Source: a virus
Taxonomy: Duplodnaviria; Caudoviricetes
IMG/VR virus record: IMGVR_UViG_3300037400_003286
DNA length: 64,000 nucleotides
Reading direction: 5' to 3' (one strand)
Position numbers and translations under genes: made by a program. Shown here piece after piece: positions 13,368 through 23,599 of this stretch; the stretch's first letter is position 1; every line of letters begins with the position of its first letter. The notes under the pieces were generated by a model, which ran no database searches, was not told where the DNA came from, and saw only the letters and a program-made list of their open reading frames with translations.

Positions 13368-15161
13368 TTATACTGCTGCTTCTGGTGCAGGTTCTGGTTC
13401 AGTTGATATTTCCGCTTCTGGTGCAGGTTCTTCTCCGCCAGCTTCAAATCCTCCACTAGCTTCTTCTCCACCGAAACCTCCAGATTCTCCACCTCCAAAT
13501 CCGAATTCGGATCCTCCACCAAATCCTGTTTGTTGGCCAGCACCACCCTGATTTACAGCATTCTGAGCTTCCTCGTCTTCCTGTTTCTTCATCTTGTCAA
13601 TAAGCTTCCATTCATCATCATTGATGTCGAGATACTTCTGACACAGATATTTCATTGGGAATACTGGCTTACCGTCTGCTCCATTCAATCCAGATAATGT
13701 CTGAATAATCTGAGAAGAAATCTGAAGAACAGCATTTTCCTTTGCAAGCTTGAATATATTTTCCTCTACGAAATCAAGACCAAGAGAATTTTTAATGACA
13801 TCATTTCCAGCAAACTCTGGATTATGAAGTGAGAACTGTAACCATGTTGGTTTTATTACAATCTCCTGGTAAATATCTCTAATCTGATTGATGAAAAGCG
13901 AGAAACGATATTCCTCTCTTGTCATGTTATTATTATCAGGTATTGCTGACATTTCGTTTCCGTCGAAGATCATATTGAAACGATCTTTTGGAAGTTTTGA
14001 CTCAATCATGAATCTCTGCCAGAACCATTTCAACTGTTCTGTTGAATTCATATCGTGTCCCTCAATACCAATCTCACTTATTTCTGTTGTTGTTCCTTCC
14101 TTTGAAGGAAACACCATAGTCTTAGCGAAACTGAACTTAGGTTGTCCATTTACGGTGATTTCACCAGACATATTATCAACAACGATGTCTTCCTTATAAT
14201 AAGCTTCAAGTTGTCTTAATCTTGTCTTAGCCACCTGATCGGACTCTGTTCCGATAGGAACAACAATCTTGATTCTCTTCTGTGCGTTCTGTATGTTCCA
14301 TATGATACGACTGTTCTCTAGTGTTCTAAGCATATTGAAAGAACGTATAAGTCTTTCACAATATGAGAAGTGAGACACGAAGTTTGTCTTAGCCCATGAA
14401 ATATAAATCACGTTTGTATCAAGAAGCTCACGTTCATTCTGCTTATCACCCTTGTTTATGATCCATACTTTATACTCTTGTCCTTTAGAGTTAATTCTTA
14501 TCTCTGGCTGAAGAGTGATTGGATCAAGTTCCTTGAAACCTATAATATCAGAGGCAATGTTCTTATTTGATTTCTTATCAGAGTAGATAATCTCAAATGC
14601 AAGGAATCCATCAACAAGGAATTTCTTCACATAATGCCAAGCATCATTTGATTCGTTGAAATGGAACATGTGATAAATTCTTCTATATGCAGCATTTATC
14701 TCATCAACAATCTTCTTTCCTGACTCTGGCTTGAGTATAGTTCTCAACTGCTTTGTGTTTGGATATGCAAAATAGTGCATCTCATCATTGACAATCACTT
14801 CGTCAGCAATTGTATCCAAAACATAGTCAATCTCACCCTGCAAAGCAAACTTACGAAGAAAATCCCTTCTCATCTGATAAGTTTGATCGTAGAATGCTAT
14901 AAATTTATTGTTACCAGCAAGATTCTCATATTGTCTCGTAAACAAATCATCACCAGCAAACATTGAACGGTTGACGTTTCCTAATCCTGTATCGTTAGCG
15001 GCATCGAAATCATCATTAGTTCTGATTTGCTTGATAAGAGAACTGTTCCATTTTATACCAAGAGCACTAAGGTTGAGAAGGTTTCTCTCAAACGCTCTGT
15101 TTGCTCCCTGGTTTGCCTGTGCAATACTCGAACCAAGAGATTTTAATATATATCGAGGCAT
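13368..15161 (-). CDS. Portal vertex protein (T4 gp20-like)
   Basis: EIDYVLDTIADEVIV, FLVDGFLAF, GFKELDP, FNMLRTLENSRIIW, TREEYRFSLFI resemble gp20 motifs; Gly/acidic C-terminal tail. Confidence 0.9.
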   Translation of the reverse strand: MPRYILKSLGSSIAQANQGANRAFERNLLNLSALGIKWNSSLIKQIRTNDDFDAANDTGLGNVNRSMFAGDDLFTRQYENLAGNNKFIAFYDQTYQMRRDFLRKFALQGEIDYVLDTIADEVIVNDEMHYFAYPNTKQLRTILKPESGKKIVDEINAAYRRIYHMFHFNESNDAWHYVKKFLVDGFLAFEIIYSDKKSNKNIASDIIGFKELDPITLQPEIRINSKGQEYKVWIINKGDKQNERELLDTNVIYISWAKTNFVSHFSYCERLIRSFNMLRTLENSRIIWNIQNAQKRIKIVVPIGTESDQVAKTRLRQLEAYYKEDIVVDNMSGEITVNGQPKFSFAKTMVFPSKEGTTTEISEIGIEGHDMNSTEQLKWFWQRFMIESKLPKDRFNMIFDGNEMSAIPDNNNMTREEYRFSLFINQIRDIYQEIVIKPTWLQFSLHNPEFAGNDVIKNSLGLDFVEENIFKLAKENAVLQISSQIIQTLSGLNGADGKPVFPMKYLCQKYLDINDDEWKLIDKMKKQEDEEAQNAVNQGGAGQQTGFGGGSEFGFGGGESGGFGGEEASGGFEAGGEEPAPEAEISTEPEPAPEAAV

Positions 15162-15180
15162 TTATATCGTCTTTATTTTA

Positions 15181-15191
15181 ACTATTTATCT
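15181..15191 (-). promoter_or_regulatory. Late promoter AGATAAATAGT
   Basis: About 20 nt upstream of the portal ATG. Confidence 0.8.
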
Positions 15192-15192
15192 G

Positions 15193-15852
15193 TTAAGCGT
15201 CGCTACCCATAATTACATCGCGCTGAATATTTGCAAGATTTGCACCCCTAACGGAGTCTTTGAATGAGATATATGGTATGTATCCCCATTCATCGTATTC
15301 TATAAGTCTAACGTTAACAATATTACTTCTATTATATGTCCTGACACACTTTGAAAGATCAACTCCAGTCTTAGCTTTCATAAACGATAGAAATGCAGAA
15401 ACACCATTTTCAGATATAAGAAGCGATCCTAATTGTGTATTTGCTCTTACGTCTTTGATATTTGTTGTTTCCATTTCATCATAGAACTTCTGCTGACTCT
15501 CAGTAATAAGATCCATTACCCTGGCCCTTATATCATTAGGTATGAAGTTGAAATTTATTCCAGTAATAAACTTATCATTAACACCTGTACAAAATATAAG
15601 TGGACAAACATCATAAAAGTCATTATGCCCTATTGTCTCTGGTTTGTCGCTCTTAGCATACATAATAAGATAGAACATGGAAGGTACGAACTGATTCTTC
15701 AGCATATCCTCCATGTTATGTGCAGTCAATGTTCTTTGTTTATCGTTTCCTCTTAGATTTTTAGCAAGAAGATCGGTAACAAGAAAGTCAAATGCTTCTT
15801 TCTCCATTTGACCTTTATTTGACTTCATGTATGTTTCAAGATACTTACTCAT
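15193..15852 (-). CDS. DNA end protector (T4 gp2-like)
   Basis: FYDVCPLIF...GINFNFIP..R resembles the gp2 core; adjacent to gp4 as in T4-like phages. Confidence 0.7.
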   Translation of the reverse strand: MSKYLETYMKSNKGQMEKEAFDFLVTDLLAKNLRGNDKQRTLTAHNMEDMLKNQFVPSMFYLIMYAKSDKPETIGHNDFYDVCPLIFCTGVNDKFITGINFNFIPNDIRARVMDLITESQQKFYDEMETTNIKDVRANTQLGSLLISENGVSAFLSFMKAKTGVDLSKCVRTYNRSNIVNVRLIEYDEWGYIPYISFKDSVRGANLANIQRDVIMGSDA

Positions 15853-16424
15853 TAGATTATACCCATCTTTTCAAGAGTGTCCTCAGTATAAACCTTGAAG
15901 TTAAATCCTTTTTCTTCACACCATTTTATAGCAGCCTCCCATTTTGCCTTATTCTGCAAATAAGTCTTAACTGCATTAACGTATGCTTTCTGTTCCTTTA
16001 GTTTTGATCCGTAAAGTGAAGAAACTGGTCTTTCCGTCTGATACTTAGGCTTTATTTCTATAATTAACTTAAGTTCCTCACCTTCGTCATTCTTCAGATT
16101 AACATAAAAATCTGGATAATAATTAGCAACTGGCCAATTCATAGGATCCTGTGGATTTGCACCGAATTTCTTGCAAGCATCAAAATCAACACCAGCAGGA
16201 TTCCTGTATTGTACACACATAGGTTCACCACCCCATTCTACAACACAAGGATTTCTATCACACCATTGTGCAAATGCAAGCTCCCATCCAGATCTATATA
16301 TGATTTCACCGCCTATAACCTTCTCTGGATGCTGTGGAACATAGACACCCTGATGAGGCTTACCAGAATCATTTTCCATGACTGGCTTAGGTGGATGATT
16401 TTTCTTATATGTCTGTGTGTTCAT
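15852..16424 (-). CDS. Head completion nuclease (T4 gp4-like, TnsA/PD-(D/E)xK fold)
   Basis: IYRSGWELAF..WCD, YYPDFYV, IEIKPKYQT, NKAKWEAA. Confidence 0.9.
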   Translation of the reverse strand: MNTQTYKKNHPPKPVMENDSGKPHQGVYVPQHPEKVIGGEIIYRSGWELAFAQWCDRNPCVVEWGGEPMCVQYRNPAGVDFDACKKFGANPQDPMNWPVANYYPDFYVNLKNDEGEELKLIIEIKPKYQTERPVSSLYGSKLKEQKAYVNAVKTYLQNKAKWEAAIKWCEEKGFNFKVYTEDTLEKMGII

Positions 16425-16888
16425 TATGTCTTTCCTATCTTTATTTCCTCAATCCTGATACGATTATTGATAGCAAATATAATACCATCAATTGTCTTGA
16501 TAGTATTATCAAGATACCCAAGATGTGACTCCATGATATCTATGAGATATTTATCATCTGAAAGCTGAGATTCAATCTGTTCTCTTATCGCCGATTCTGT
16601 TGAAAACATAAATGTTGTAGCACCTTGTGCTGTCTTCATAAGACGAATCTCTTTATACAGTCTTGCTGAGTTTTCTTTGTACTTTTTTGAATATTTAGCA
16701 ATAGTGGCCGCAAGAGAATGATAATTCTCTACGGCCTCCTGTCTTTTGGTATAAACAACACCCTGAAGATTGACAACCGTATCAATAGATTTAAGGCTAT
16801 TGTTCATATCCTCTATCCATTTGATCCAATAATCACGTCTTTCTGTAAATTTGTTTTCTATAGCTTCAAATTTATTCTCCATCATCAA
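16424..16888 (-). CDS. uvsY: Recombination mediator (UvsY-like)
   Basis: Helical, about 150 aa, directly downstream of uvsX; C-terminus IKTIDGIIFAINNRI resembles UvsY. Confidence 0.6.
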   Translation of the reverse strand: MMMENKFEAIENKFTERRDYWIKWIEDMNNSLKSIDTVVNLQGVVYTKRQEAVENYHSLAATIAKYSKKYKENSARLYKEIRLMKTAQGATTFMFSTESAIREQIESQLSDDKYLIDIMESHLGYLDNTIKTIDGIIFAINNRIRIEEIKIGKT

Positions 16889-18098
16889 CGTTTAAAAGTT
16901 CCTCAATATCATCATTACCAGTATTTGATGGTAATTCAAAACTTGGTCTGATTATAGTTTCATCCAGGTTTTTTAAAACTTCTTCTGTGAGAACTTTCGA
17001 TGAGAATAATTCTACAGCAGGTAACTCACAACCAAGATGTTTTACAACTATGTTCTTTGATGTTTCTTTGGGATAAGCGTAACAAAGTTTTCCTTCAGAA
17101 TCCTTCATCTCACAACAAAGATTCTTTTCAAGGTCAGAAAGTTTATTATATTCTTTCTCTGTAATGAGTTTTCCTCTCATTATACCAGAATTATCCCAAG
17201 TTATATAAGATTCAAGACCAACATAAGGATTTGGTGCTTTAAAGAATGGTATCTGGAATCTAACTTTCTGTGGAATGGTGAATCTTGACTTCTCTGGCTT
17301 TGCTGTTACAACGACACCTGTTTTTACAAAATCACCAACTTTATTTTCAGCGATCTTATCTGATTGTTTATCTTCAAGTTTAGCTGTTGATAATAACAAT
17401 GTAACAGATGCATTAAAATTAATACCAGAACCTCCAGATACTACTGTTTTTGCAAACAGATCCTGTGTTCTATAAATATGGGCATTAACAATAAACGGTG
17501 CTTGAATTTTTCCGAGTGCTGTAGCATTTGTTCTAAAAAGGGCCTTAACAGCTTGAGCACGAGTCATATCCCTTTTATCGTTACCATCAATTGTATCATT
17601 AAGCTCTTTATCTGATGTTAAGTTTCCAAGAGAATCAAGAACAAATATTACCTTTGGTCTTTCTTCTTCTGGCATATCAAGAATTGATTTACAAGTACGA
17701 GCTATAAATGTTGATACTTCCGATACAGTGGTTACTTGTTTAATGATGAAATTATTTGGATCCGCTCCAAGCTTAGAAACCTGGTCCAGATCTATAGCAG
17801 ATTCAGAATCCAAATATATCGGTGTATATCCTTTCTTTTGAGCATTTCTACATACACTTATAGCAAGGAACGTTTTTCCAGTTCCAGGATCTCCAGCCAA
17901 AACAGTACATCTTCCAGCAGGAACACCCTTTAAAAGTGAACCAGATATGCAAGCATTAAGAATATAGCTACCAGTATCAATATAGTCACTGATAACTGCT
18001 GTCTTACTTTTACCAAGAATCTCTGCCGATTCATCAAAACTTTTTACGATATCGAAAATCGATCCACCAGCAGATTTAGTTGTCGTTTTCTTTGCCAT
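16872..18098 (-). CDS. uvsX: RecA-like recombinase UvsX
   Basis: IDTGSYILNACISG, Walker A GDPGTGKT, YLDSESA, VLDSLGNL, DMTRAQ, SGGSG. Confidence 0.92.
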   Translation of the reverse strand: MAKKTTTKSAGGSIFDIVKSFDESAEILGKSKTAVISDYIDTGSYILNACISGSLLKGVPAGRCTVLAGDPGTGKTFLAISVCRNAQKKGYTPIYLDSESAIDLDQVSKLGADPNNFIIKQVTTVSEVSTFIARTCKSILDMPEEERPKVIFVLDSLGNLTSDKELNDTIDGNDKRDMTRAQAVKALFRTNATALGKIQAPFIVNAHIYRTQDLFAKTVVSGGSGINFNASVTLLLSTAKLEDKQSDKIAENKVGDFVKTGVVVTAKPEKSRFTIPQKVRFQIPFFKAPNPYVGLESYITWDNSGIMRGKLITEKEYNKLSDLEKNLCCEMKDSEGKLCYAYPKETSKNIVVKHLGCELPAVELFSSKVLTEEVLKNLDETIIRPSFELPSNTGNDDIEELLNVDDGE

Positions 18099-18121
18099 TT
18101 TTCTATAATTGTTTATTTAAT

Positions 18122-18436
18122 TTATTTCTTATCTTTTCTCTCCTTGATTTCTATAAAGTTATCTTTTAAGAAACATCTGAAATCATCGCACTTCAAATCG
18201 TAGTAATAAAAACAGTCCTTACTTAGATTCTTCTTTCTCTCATCATCCTTATCTGTTTCTGGCAGGAGTTCATCCTTCAGCGTACCTTTTGCCTTTCTGA
18301 CACTTCCATCCTTCTTCTTGTAGCTAAATTCAACAACACCAGCCTTTAGTAGTTTCTTAAGTCTTGAGAGGTCTTTGGCTCTCTTTTCACGAATCTGTTG
18401 TTTCTCAGATTTCTTTTCATCAAGTCGAATAATCAT
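18122..18436 (-). CDS. SH3 beta-barrel (DUF2693/WYL-like) protein
   Basis: GVVEFSYKKKDGSVRKAKGTL...YYDLKCDDFRCF; start moved to ATG 18436, downstream of the promoters. Confidence 0.7.
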   Translation of the reverse strand: MIIRLDEKKSEKQQIREKRAKDLSRLKKLLKAGVVEFSYKKKDGSVRKAKGTLKDELLPETDKDDERKKNLSKDCFYYYDLKCDDFRCFLKDNFIEIKERKDKK

Positions 18437-18448
18437 ACGCTTTATATT

Positions 18449-18479
18449 ATTATACGTTAAATGAGCGAAATTGATTAAA
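18449..18479 (-). promoter_or_regulatory. Bipartite promoter TTTAATC-N16-CGTATAAT (putative middle promoter)
   Basis: Exact match; heads the DUF2693-uvsX-uvsY-gp4-gp2 operon. A late-like GGATAAATAC lies at 18491-18500. Confidence 0.8.
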
Positions 18480-18545
18480 CTTCGTTCAAAGTATTTATCC
18501 GTTTTTAAGGTCATTTCATAAAATACACAGCTTTGGTTTATTTTC

Positions 18546-18556
18546 AGATAAATAGT
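18546..18556 (+). promoter_or_regulatory. Late promoter AGATAAATAGT
   Basis: 23 nt upstream of ATG 18580. Confidence 0.8.
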
Positions 18557-18579
18557 GAAAAAGATAAAAACGATAGACA

Positions 18580-19173
18580 ATGACAGAATCAGAAGTTAGA
18601 TCAAAATGCACAAAGTTCTCGATAAAGAATTTCGTTGCCGATCTTCCAAGAATGCTGAATGAAGCTTTCAGTACAATATGTGACTGTATTTTCAGCTTCT
18701 ATAATGCAGACAACGGTGACATCCATCTTAAAAACATAGCAAAGCTTGAAGCCAGCTATATTGATGCAACCACAGTTGTTGCACAGAACCTGAGATTCAA
18801 AGGTTCTGACGGAACGATGTACAATTACAATGATATTGGAAGTATCCTTGAAAAAATAGAAAAGAAGATTAGCTCTATCAGCAATATATCCAAGTCACAA
18901 ATTGATTCACTTGATGTATATCCATTCCAACCCTGGCCTTTGTATGCTGATTTCTATATGATTAGACCTACAAGTCCAGAGCCAGGATGTAAAGTTCTTT
19001 CTGAATTCGGACTTACAATATGGGATGAAGATCCAGAAACACACGAATATGACTGGTTTGATACTCCAGTTGAGGACGGAGTGACATATCTTTGTGGATA
19101 CGATCTTCACATATACAAGAGAGATAAGGAAACAAGTCGTTGGATTGATCTTGGTAGTTACAAAAATAATTAA
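18580..19173 (+). CDS. Hypothetical late (probably structural) protein
   Basis: 197-aa ORF after a late promoter. Confidence 0.7.
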   Translation: MTESEVRSKCTKFSIKNFVADLPRMLNEAFSTICDCIFSFYNADNGDIHLKNIAKLEASYIDATTVVAQNLRFKGSDGTMYNYNDIGSILEKIEKKISSISNISKSQIDSLDVYPFQPWPLYADFYMIRPTSPEPGCKVLSEFGLTIWDEDPETHEYDWFDTPVEDGVTYLCGYDLHIYKRDKETSRWIDLGSYKNN

Positions 19174-19184
19174 TTAATTTTAAG

Positions 19185-21113
19185 ATGTCAAAGAAGCTTA
19201 GAACACCGATTATCATGCCAAGAATGCAAGGTGGAACATTCTACACCTTCGGTTCTGCTATGGAAGATATTGGTCTAAATATAAATGAAAATCACAACAG
19301 CGTAGAAATATCACACTATGTGTTGCTTGATATACCAAAATTCTCAAATGGTGTTGCACCAGAAGGTGTTTATCTCAACCTTGAAAGTGAGCAGAATTAT
19401 GACAGCGAAGAATATACTGTAGACTCAAGCACACAGGGTGATTTTATATTTGCCGATCAATTCCAGAATTACTGTCTTAACTTTGAAACTGTTCTTAGAA
19501 ACCAGGACAGTTATAATTATGCATCTAATAAAACAGTATCTGAAAGAGTATTCTGGAAATGGCTATTCAGCAATCTGAGAAACGAAGATCAAAGATTCAT
19601 AAAAGATGGTGATTACTATTATGAGAAAAAAGACAAGGCTATAGCCAAGGCTTTCGGTGCTATATCTGCTGGTTCACAAAGAACAGATGATAGCGGATTA
19701 TACAATGAAACGTTTGTTCAAATTCCATCATCTTATGGTCAAATGAGAGTATTGTTCAAAAGTACAATAGATGAAAACTACATCGAAAAGACTTATAACG
19801 GAACAAACATCGATCATATGATTGAAAATATCAATGAAAGTGAACTCACGGATGCTGCTGGAAAATCAGATATTATAACTTTCAGAATGACAGATGATAG
19901 TTTTTCATATCCTGGTGACGGAACAACAATCACAGAAAGAAGCACTGGAACCATACTTATGGTAATATCAACAGACAAACCAGAATATAAAATAACATGT
20001 AAGTTCCTCGATGAAATAGTAACTCTTCCAGAAAACGGTGATCTTACAATTGATGGAGAAGATCATTCATATGCTGGTTATAGTTACGGAAAAGTTATAA
20101 AGGCTACAGGTATTTCTCCTATAGCAAAATCAGATAATGATAGCCAAAAAAGTCCATCATATATCATATCATCTGGTAACATATATGATAAATTTGAGGT
20201 TGAATTCGATATAACAAAACTTAGAGAATATTACAACAATTCAAGCCTTACTTATGATGATATAGGTATGGGTAAAACAAATAGATCTGATGTTGATCTT
20301 GAAATGTATGATGATTTCAGATTCAACGCTATACTTGTTTATTATTCAATATATGATTCAAACAAGACAAAGAGACTGGCAACAAATGCTTACGGTGTAT
20401 ATATACTTGATGGTGCTATAGAATCATCTGATATAAGTAAAGTATTCTATTTCCCATCAATTATCAAAGCAAAATCAGGAACAAATAAAAACGGTACATC
20501 TTATTCGTTTAGAATAAATGTCAAACCATCTACAGCTTATAGTGGTGATATTGTTGTTAATGATAATTCAACCGCAGGATATAGCATGTCAGAGGATTTC
20601 AACGATGTGTTGAGAAATCTTACAGCAGCTATAACAACCCTTAAGGAAAATGCAAAAGTTCTTTATAGTGTTTCAAAAAACAACAATGAGATGAAGACTC
20701 TTGTCGAAAACACAATGGAAAAGATTAACGATATTGAAACAGATATAAAAAATATAAAGAACGGTAATTTTCCATATACTGCTGATGCAATATTCAAAGA
20801 AGAAGAATCTGTTGGAAATGCCTTAAGTGCGTCAATAGCAAGAAATGTATTAAACGCAATAAATGTAACATGTAATACATCGACTGGAGATATAGGCATG
20901 GAATTAAATACAACTGGACTTTCTGGTACAGCATTGGTTATAGCAAAAGCACTTAGAAAAAACATCCAGGATAACAATCATTTGAATATTATTAATATGA
21001 TCGCTTTGCTTGTCGCAAGAACATCTGGCGTATCAGCAACAATGTCAAAAAAAGTTGAATATATAGCTAATGCATTTGATAAAAGAGATCCGACAATCAT
21101 AAGAATGGACTAA
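19185..21113 (+). CDS. Putative virion structural protein
   Basis: 642-aa ORF in a late operon; C-terminal coiled coil. Confidence 0.6.
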   Translation: MSKKLRTPIIMPRMQGGTFYTFGSAMEDIGLNINENHNSVEISHYVLLDIPKFSNGVAPEGVYLNLESEQNYDSEEYTVDSSTQGDFIFADQFQNYCLNFETVLRNQDSYNYASNKTVSERVFWKWLFSNLRNEDQRFIKDGDYYYEKKDKAIAKAFGAISAGSQRTDDSGLYNETFVQIPSSYGQMRVLFKSTIDENYIEKTYNGTNIDHMIENINESELTDAAGKSDIITFRMTDDSFSYPGDGTTITERSTGTILMVISTDKPEYKITCKFLDEIVTLPENGDLTIDGEDHSYAGYSYGKVIKATGISPIAKSDNDSQKSPSYIISSGNIYDKFEVEFDITKLREYYNNSSLTYDDIGMGKTNRSDVDLEMYDDFRFNAILVYYSIYDSNKTKRLATNAYGVYILDGAIESSDISKVFYFPSIIKAKSGTNKNGTSYSFRINVKPSTAYSGDIVVNDNSTAGYSMSEDFNDVLRNLTAAITTLKENAKVLYSVSKNNNEMKTLVENTMEKINDIETDIKNIKNGNFPYTADAIFKEEESVGNALSASIARNVLNAINVTCNTSTGDIGMELNTTGLSGTALVIAKALRKNIQDNNHLNIINMIALLVARTSGVSATMSKKVEYIANAFDKRDPTIIRMD

Positions 21114-21131
21114 ATATATTTTATATAAAAA

Positions 21132-21170
21132 TAATGATCGAATTTCATTTAAGAAGTTCGATCATTTTTT
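21132..21170 (+). terminator. Intrinsic terminator
   Basis: AATGATCGAA(T)TTC...GAAGTTCGATCATT followed by a T-run. Confidence 0.75.
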
Positions 21171-21202
21171 ATTATCCAAAATTGCGCAATAATGTTCTTG
21201 TT

Positions 21203-21213
21203 AGATAAATAGT
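21203..21213 (+). promoter_or_regulatory. Late promoter AGATAAATAGT
   Basis: Upstream of ATG 21242. Confidence 0.8.
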
Positions 21214-21241
21214 GAAAAAGACGAAAACATCTACATATAAG

Positions 21242-23569
21242 ATGGCTAATACAAATAGTTATTCAGAAAACATGGCTCAATTAACAAAGGCAGCAAGCGA
21301 TATGCTTGATGTTGCGAAAGCCATGAACGAAACAATTGTCGGTAACGATTCAGAAGTTGTCGTTTCAGAGGACGTTGTTCTTCCTTCATATCAAAATATT
21401 GTAAACCGTGTTGAAAGAGCAGAAAGAACAATTTCGAGATTTACAGCAGGAAAGGGCGTAATTGAGACAGACGATGGAACATATAGAAAAATAAATGTTC
21501 AAGCAATATCAAGACCAGCAAACACTATCGAAAATCTCGGTGGTATAACTCAGTTTGATATTGATCCAAACTGGTTCTTTGAATCACTTCAATACCCAAG
21601 ATGTATAGCTAAAATTGATCTTGCTGGAAAAATAGAAGAAGATTCCGACAGGGTTTATATATCAAGACTTATCATTGATGTTAATCAAAGCAGATTAACA
21701 GACAGCATAAAAAATGATATTCTTAACTCAACTCTCTCATATGGAGAGATGATTAAATACCTGGAAGAAAATTATATAGAATATAAGGAAGATAAAGATG
21801 AAAACAAATTACCATTAACATATGAAAAATTTAATGGTGATTTCCAGGTGACTGGTATCAACCTTATCAAAAATTCAGACACTGGATTAAACTACACTTG
21901 GTATTATCTTTCAACTATAAACTATGCAACCGTTGACGATAATGGAGCAAGCGATGAAGCTGGGCACGTACTTCAGGTTGGAGATTATCTTAGATTTAAG
22001 AATTCTTTGTTCAAGGTCAAGGAAATAAATCAATCTGAAATGAGAGTAAGACTTGAATATAATGTCGGATATGACAATATAGGTCTTTATGATACTCTTG
22101 AATTCTATAACGATCCTTTCAAAGAAAAAATTGTAAGCGTAGGTATAGGTATAGATGAGCTTGACATTATTTACATCAAAGGTGTAAACGAGAAATTCAA
22201 TCTTCTTTCAAGAGAATGGTCCAATCCTATAACATTTGAGTCTAATTCACTTATATACGCTAAAGATAGCGAGGTTAATATGCGTGAATATTACACAAAA
22301 AATGTTGCCGATTTCGGTAGAATGTGGATCGCTCAAGTAAAGGAAGGTAGAATGCCAGCATACGGTGGTAAGACACCTTCGGCTCCTATTCTTAACGAAG
22401 AAGATTTGAGAGTTGTTCAGATTAATACACAACTTAATGCTACTCTTGACAGCGAAAGATATATTTCTATTACATCTGAGATAGCATCTGTTAAATCCAA
22501 TATCACAGCAACACGTAACACAATTGCATCAAATAAGAATAAACTTATTACTGAATACGATTCGAACAGACGAGATATTATCACAAATTCTATCAACTCT
22601 GACACTGATAAACTGAATAATCTTACAACACAGTTTAGCTCTCTTGTTGATGAATTGAACACTCTGTTGAATGACGCTGGAACAATTAACTATACACCTA
22701 AGTATCATGTAAGAGGATTCTTTGCTATTCCAGATCCACAATATACAATCGATGAATCAAAAATAGGTAAGCAGAGTATTATCGGATTCGAGACAATGTA
22801 CAGATATTTACATGTCGATGAAACTGGTGCAAAATTGAATACGTTTAATTATACAGATTCATCAAATGATACAGTTGAAAGCGGTGTATTTACAGACTGG
22901 TCTATAGAATCTTCGCCTATACTTGACAAACAATATAATGAAGAAACAGACACATTTGAATGGAAGTCTGAAACATTAGACGGTACGCATGTGACAATCA
23001 ACCAGGTTGATATTCCTATAAGATCTGGAGAAAAGGTTGAGTTAAAGGTAAGATCCGTTTCAGAAGCAGGATATCCGTATGCACCATTGAAATCAGATTG
23101 GAGTAACTCTGTTATCATTTCTTTCCCTGATAATTTAAGCACAAACGATTCAGTTACAACAATTCTTGACAATGTGAAGAGTGATCTTATTGCTGTTACT
23201 TTACAGGAAACATTGTCTGCTGCTGGTTTGTATACTCATATTTCTGATAGTAATTCAAAATACAAGCACAGTGCTGATAATATTGAATATACGGAAACAG
23301 ATACAGACGATGCTGGTAACGCAAACGTTATCACAATGTCACTTGCTGATAAGTTGAGATCTATTTCTGGTACAGCAGATCAGACATCGCCTGCTATCGA
23401 ATTCAACTTACAGAAGGATTCTTCTACTTACGGCGGTAAACTTGTCATTAAAGCTCCTAACCTTAGTAGAGCAGATAGACGACTTGTTGATGGTGATATG
23501 CGTAACTATCTCAACGAGACAATCTATCCATTCTTCACAAGAACATTGAATACATTTAGAAATGATTAA
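21242..23569 (+). CDS. Putative virion structural protein
   Basis: About 775 aa (start MANTNS); coiled-coil segment and FN3-like strands (VELKVRSVSEAG..SDWSN). Confidence 0.6.
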   Translation: MANTNSYSENMAQLTKAASDMLDVAKAMNETIVGNDSEVVVSEDVVLPSYQNIVNRVERAERTISRFTAGKGVIETDDGTYRKINVQAISRPANTIENLGGITQFDIDPNWFFESLQYPRCIAKIDLAGKIEEDSDRVYISRLIIDVNQSRLTDSIKNDILNSTLSYGEMIKYLEENYIEYKEDKDENKLPLTYEKFNGDFQVTGINLIKNSDTGLNYTWYYLSTINYATVDDNGASDEAGHVLQVGDYLRFKNSLFKVKEINQSEMRVRLEYNVGYDNIGLYDTLEFYNDPFKEKIVSVGIGIDELDIIYIKGVNEKFNLLSREWSNPITFESNSLIYAKDSEVNMREYYTKNVADFGRMWIAQVKEGRMPAYGGKTPSAPILNEEDLRVVQINTQLNATLDSERYISITSEIASVKSNITATRNTIASNKNKLITEYDSNRRDIITNSINSDTDKLNNLTTQFSSLVDELNTLLNDAGTINYTPKYHVRGFFAIPDPQYTIDESKIGKQSIIGFETMYRYLHVDETGAKLNTFNYTDSSNDTVESGVFTDWSIESSPILDKQYNEETDTFEWKSETLDGTHVTINQVDIPIRSGEKVELKVRSVSEAGYPYAPLKSDWSNSVIISFPDNLSTNDSVTTILDNVKSDLIAVTLQETLSAAGLYTHISDSNSKYKHSADNIEYTETDTDDAGNANVITMSLADKLRSISGTADQTSPAIEFNLQKDSSTYGGKLVIKAPNLSRADRRLVDGDMRNYLNETIYPFFTRTLNTFRND

Positions 23570-23599
23570 TAGATCATAATATAAAAAAACAGGAAGAAA

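Noticed and set aside
13368-13550. Short DNA repeats at the portal 3' end
   Set aside because: They reflect a low-complexity Gly/Phe and EPAPEA protein tail, not a separate element
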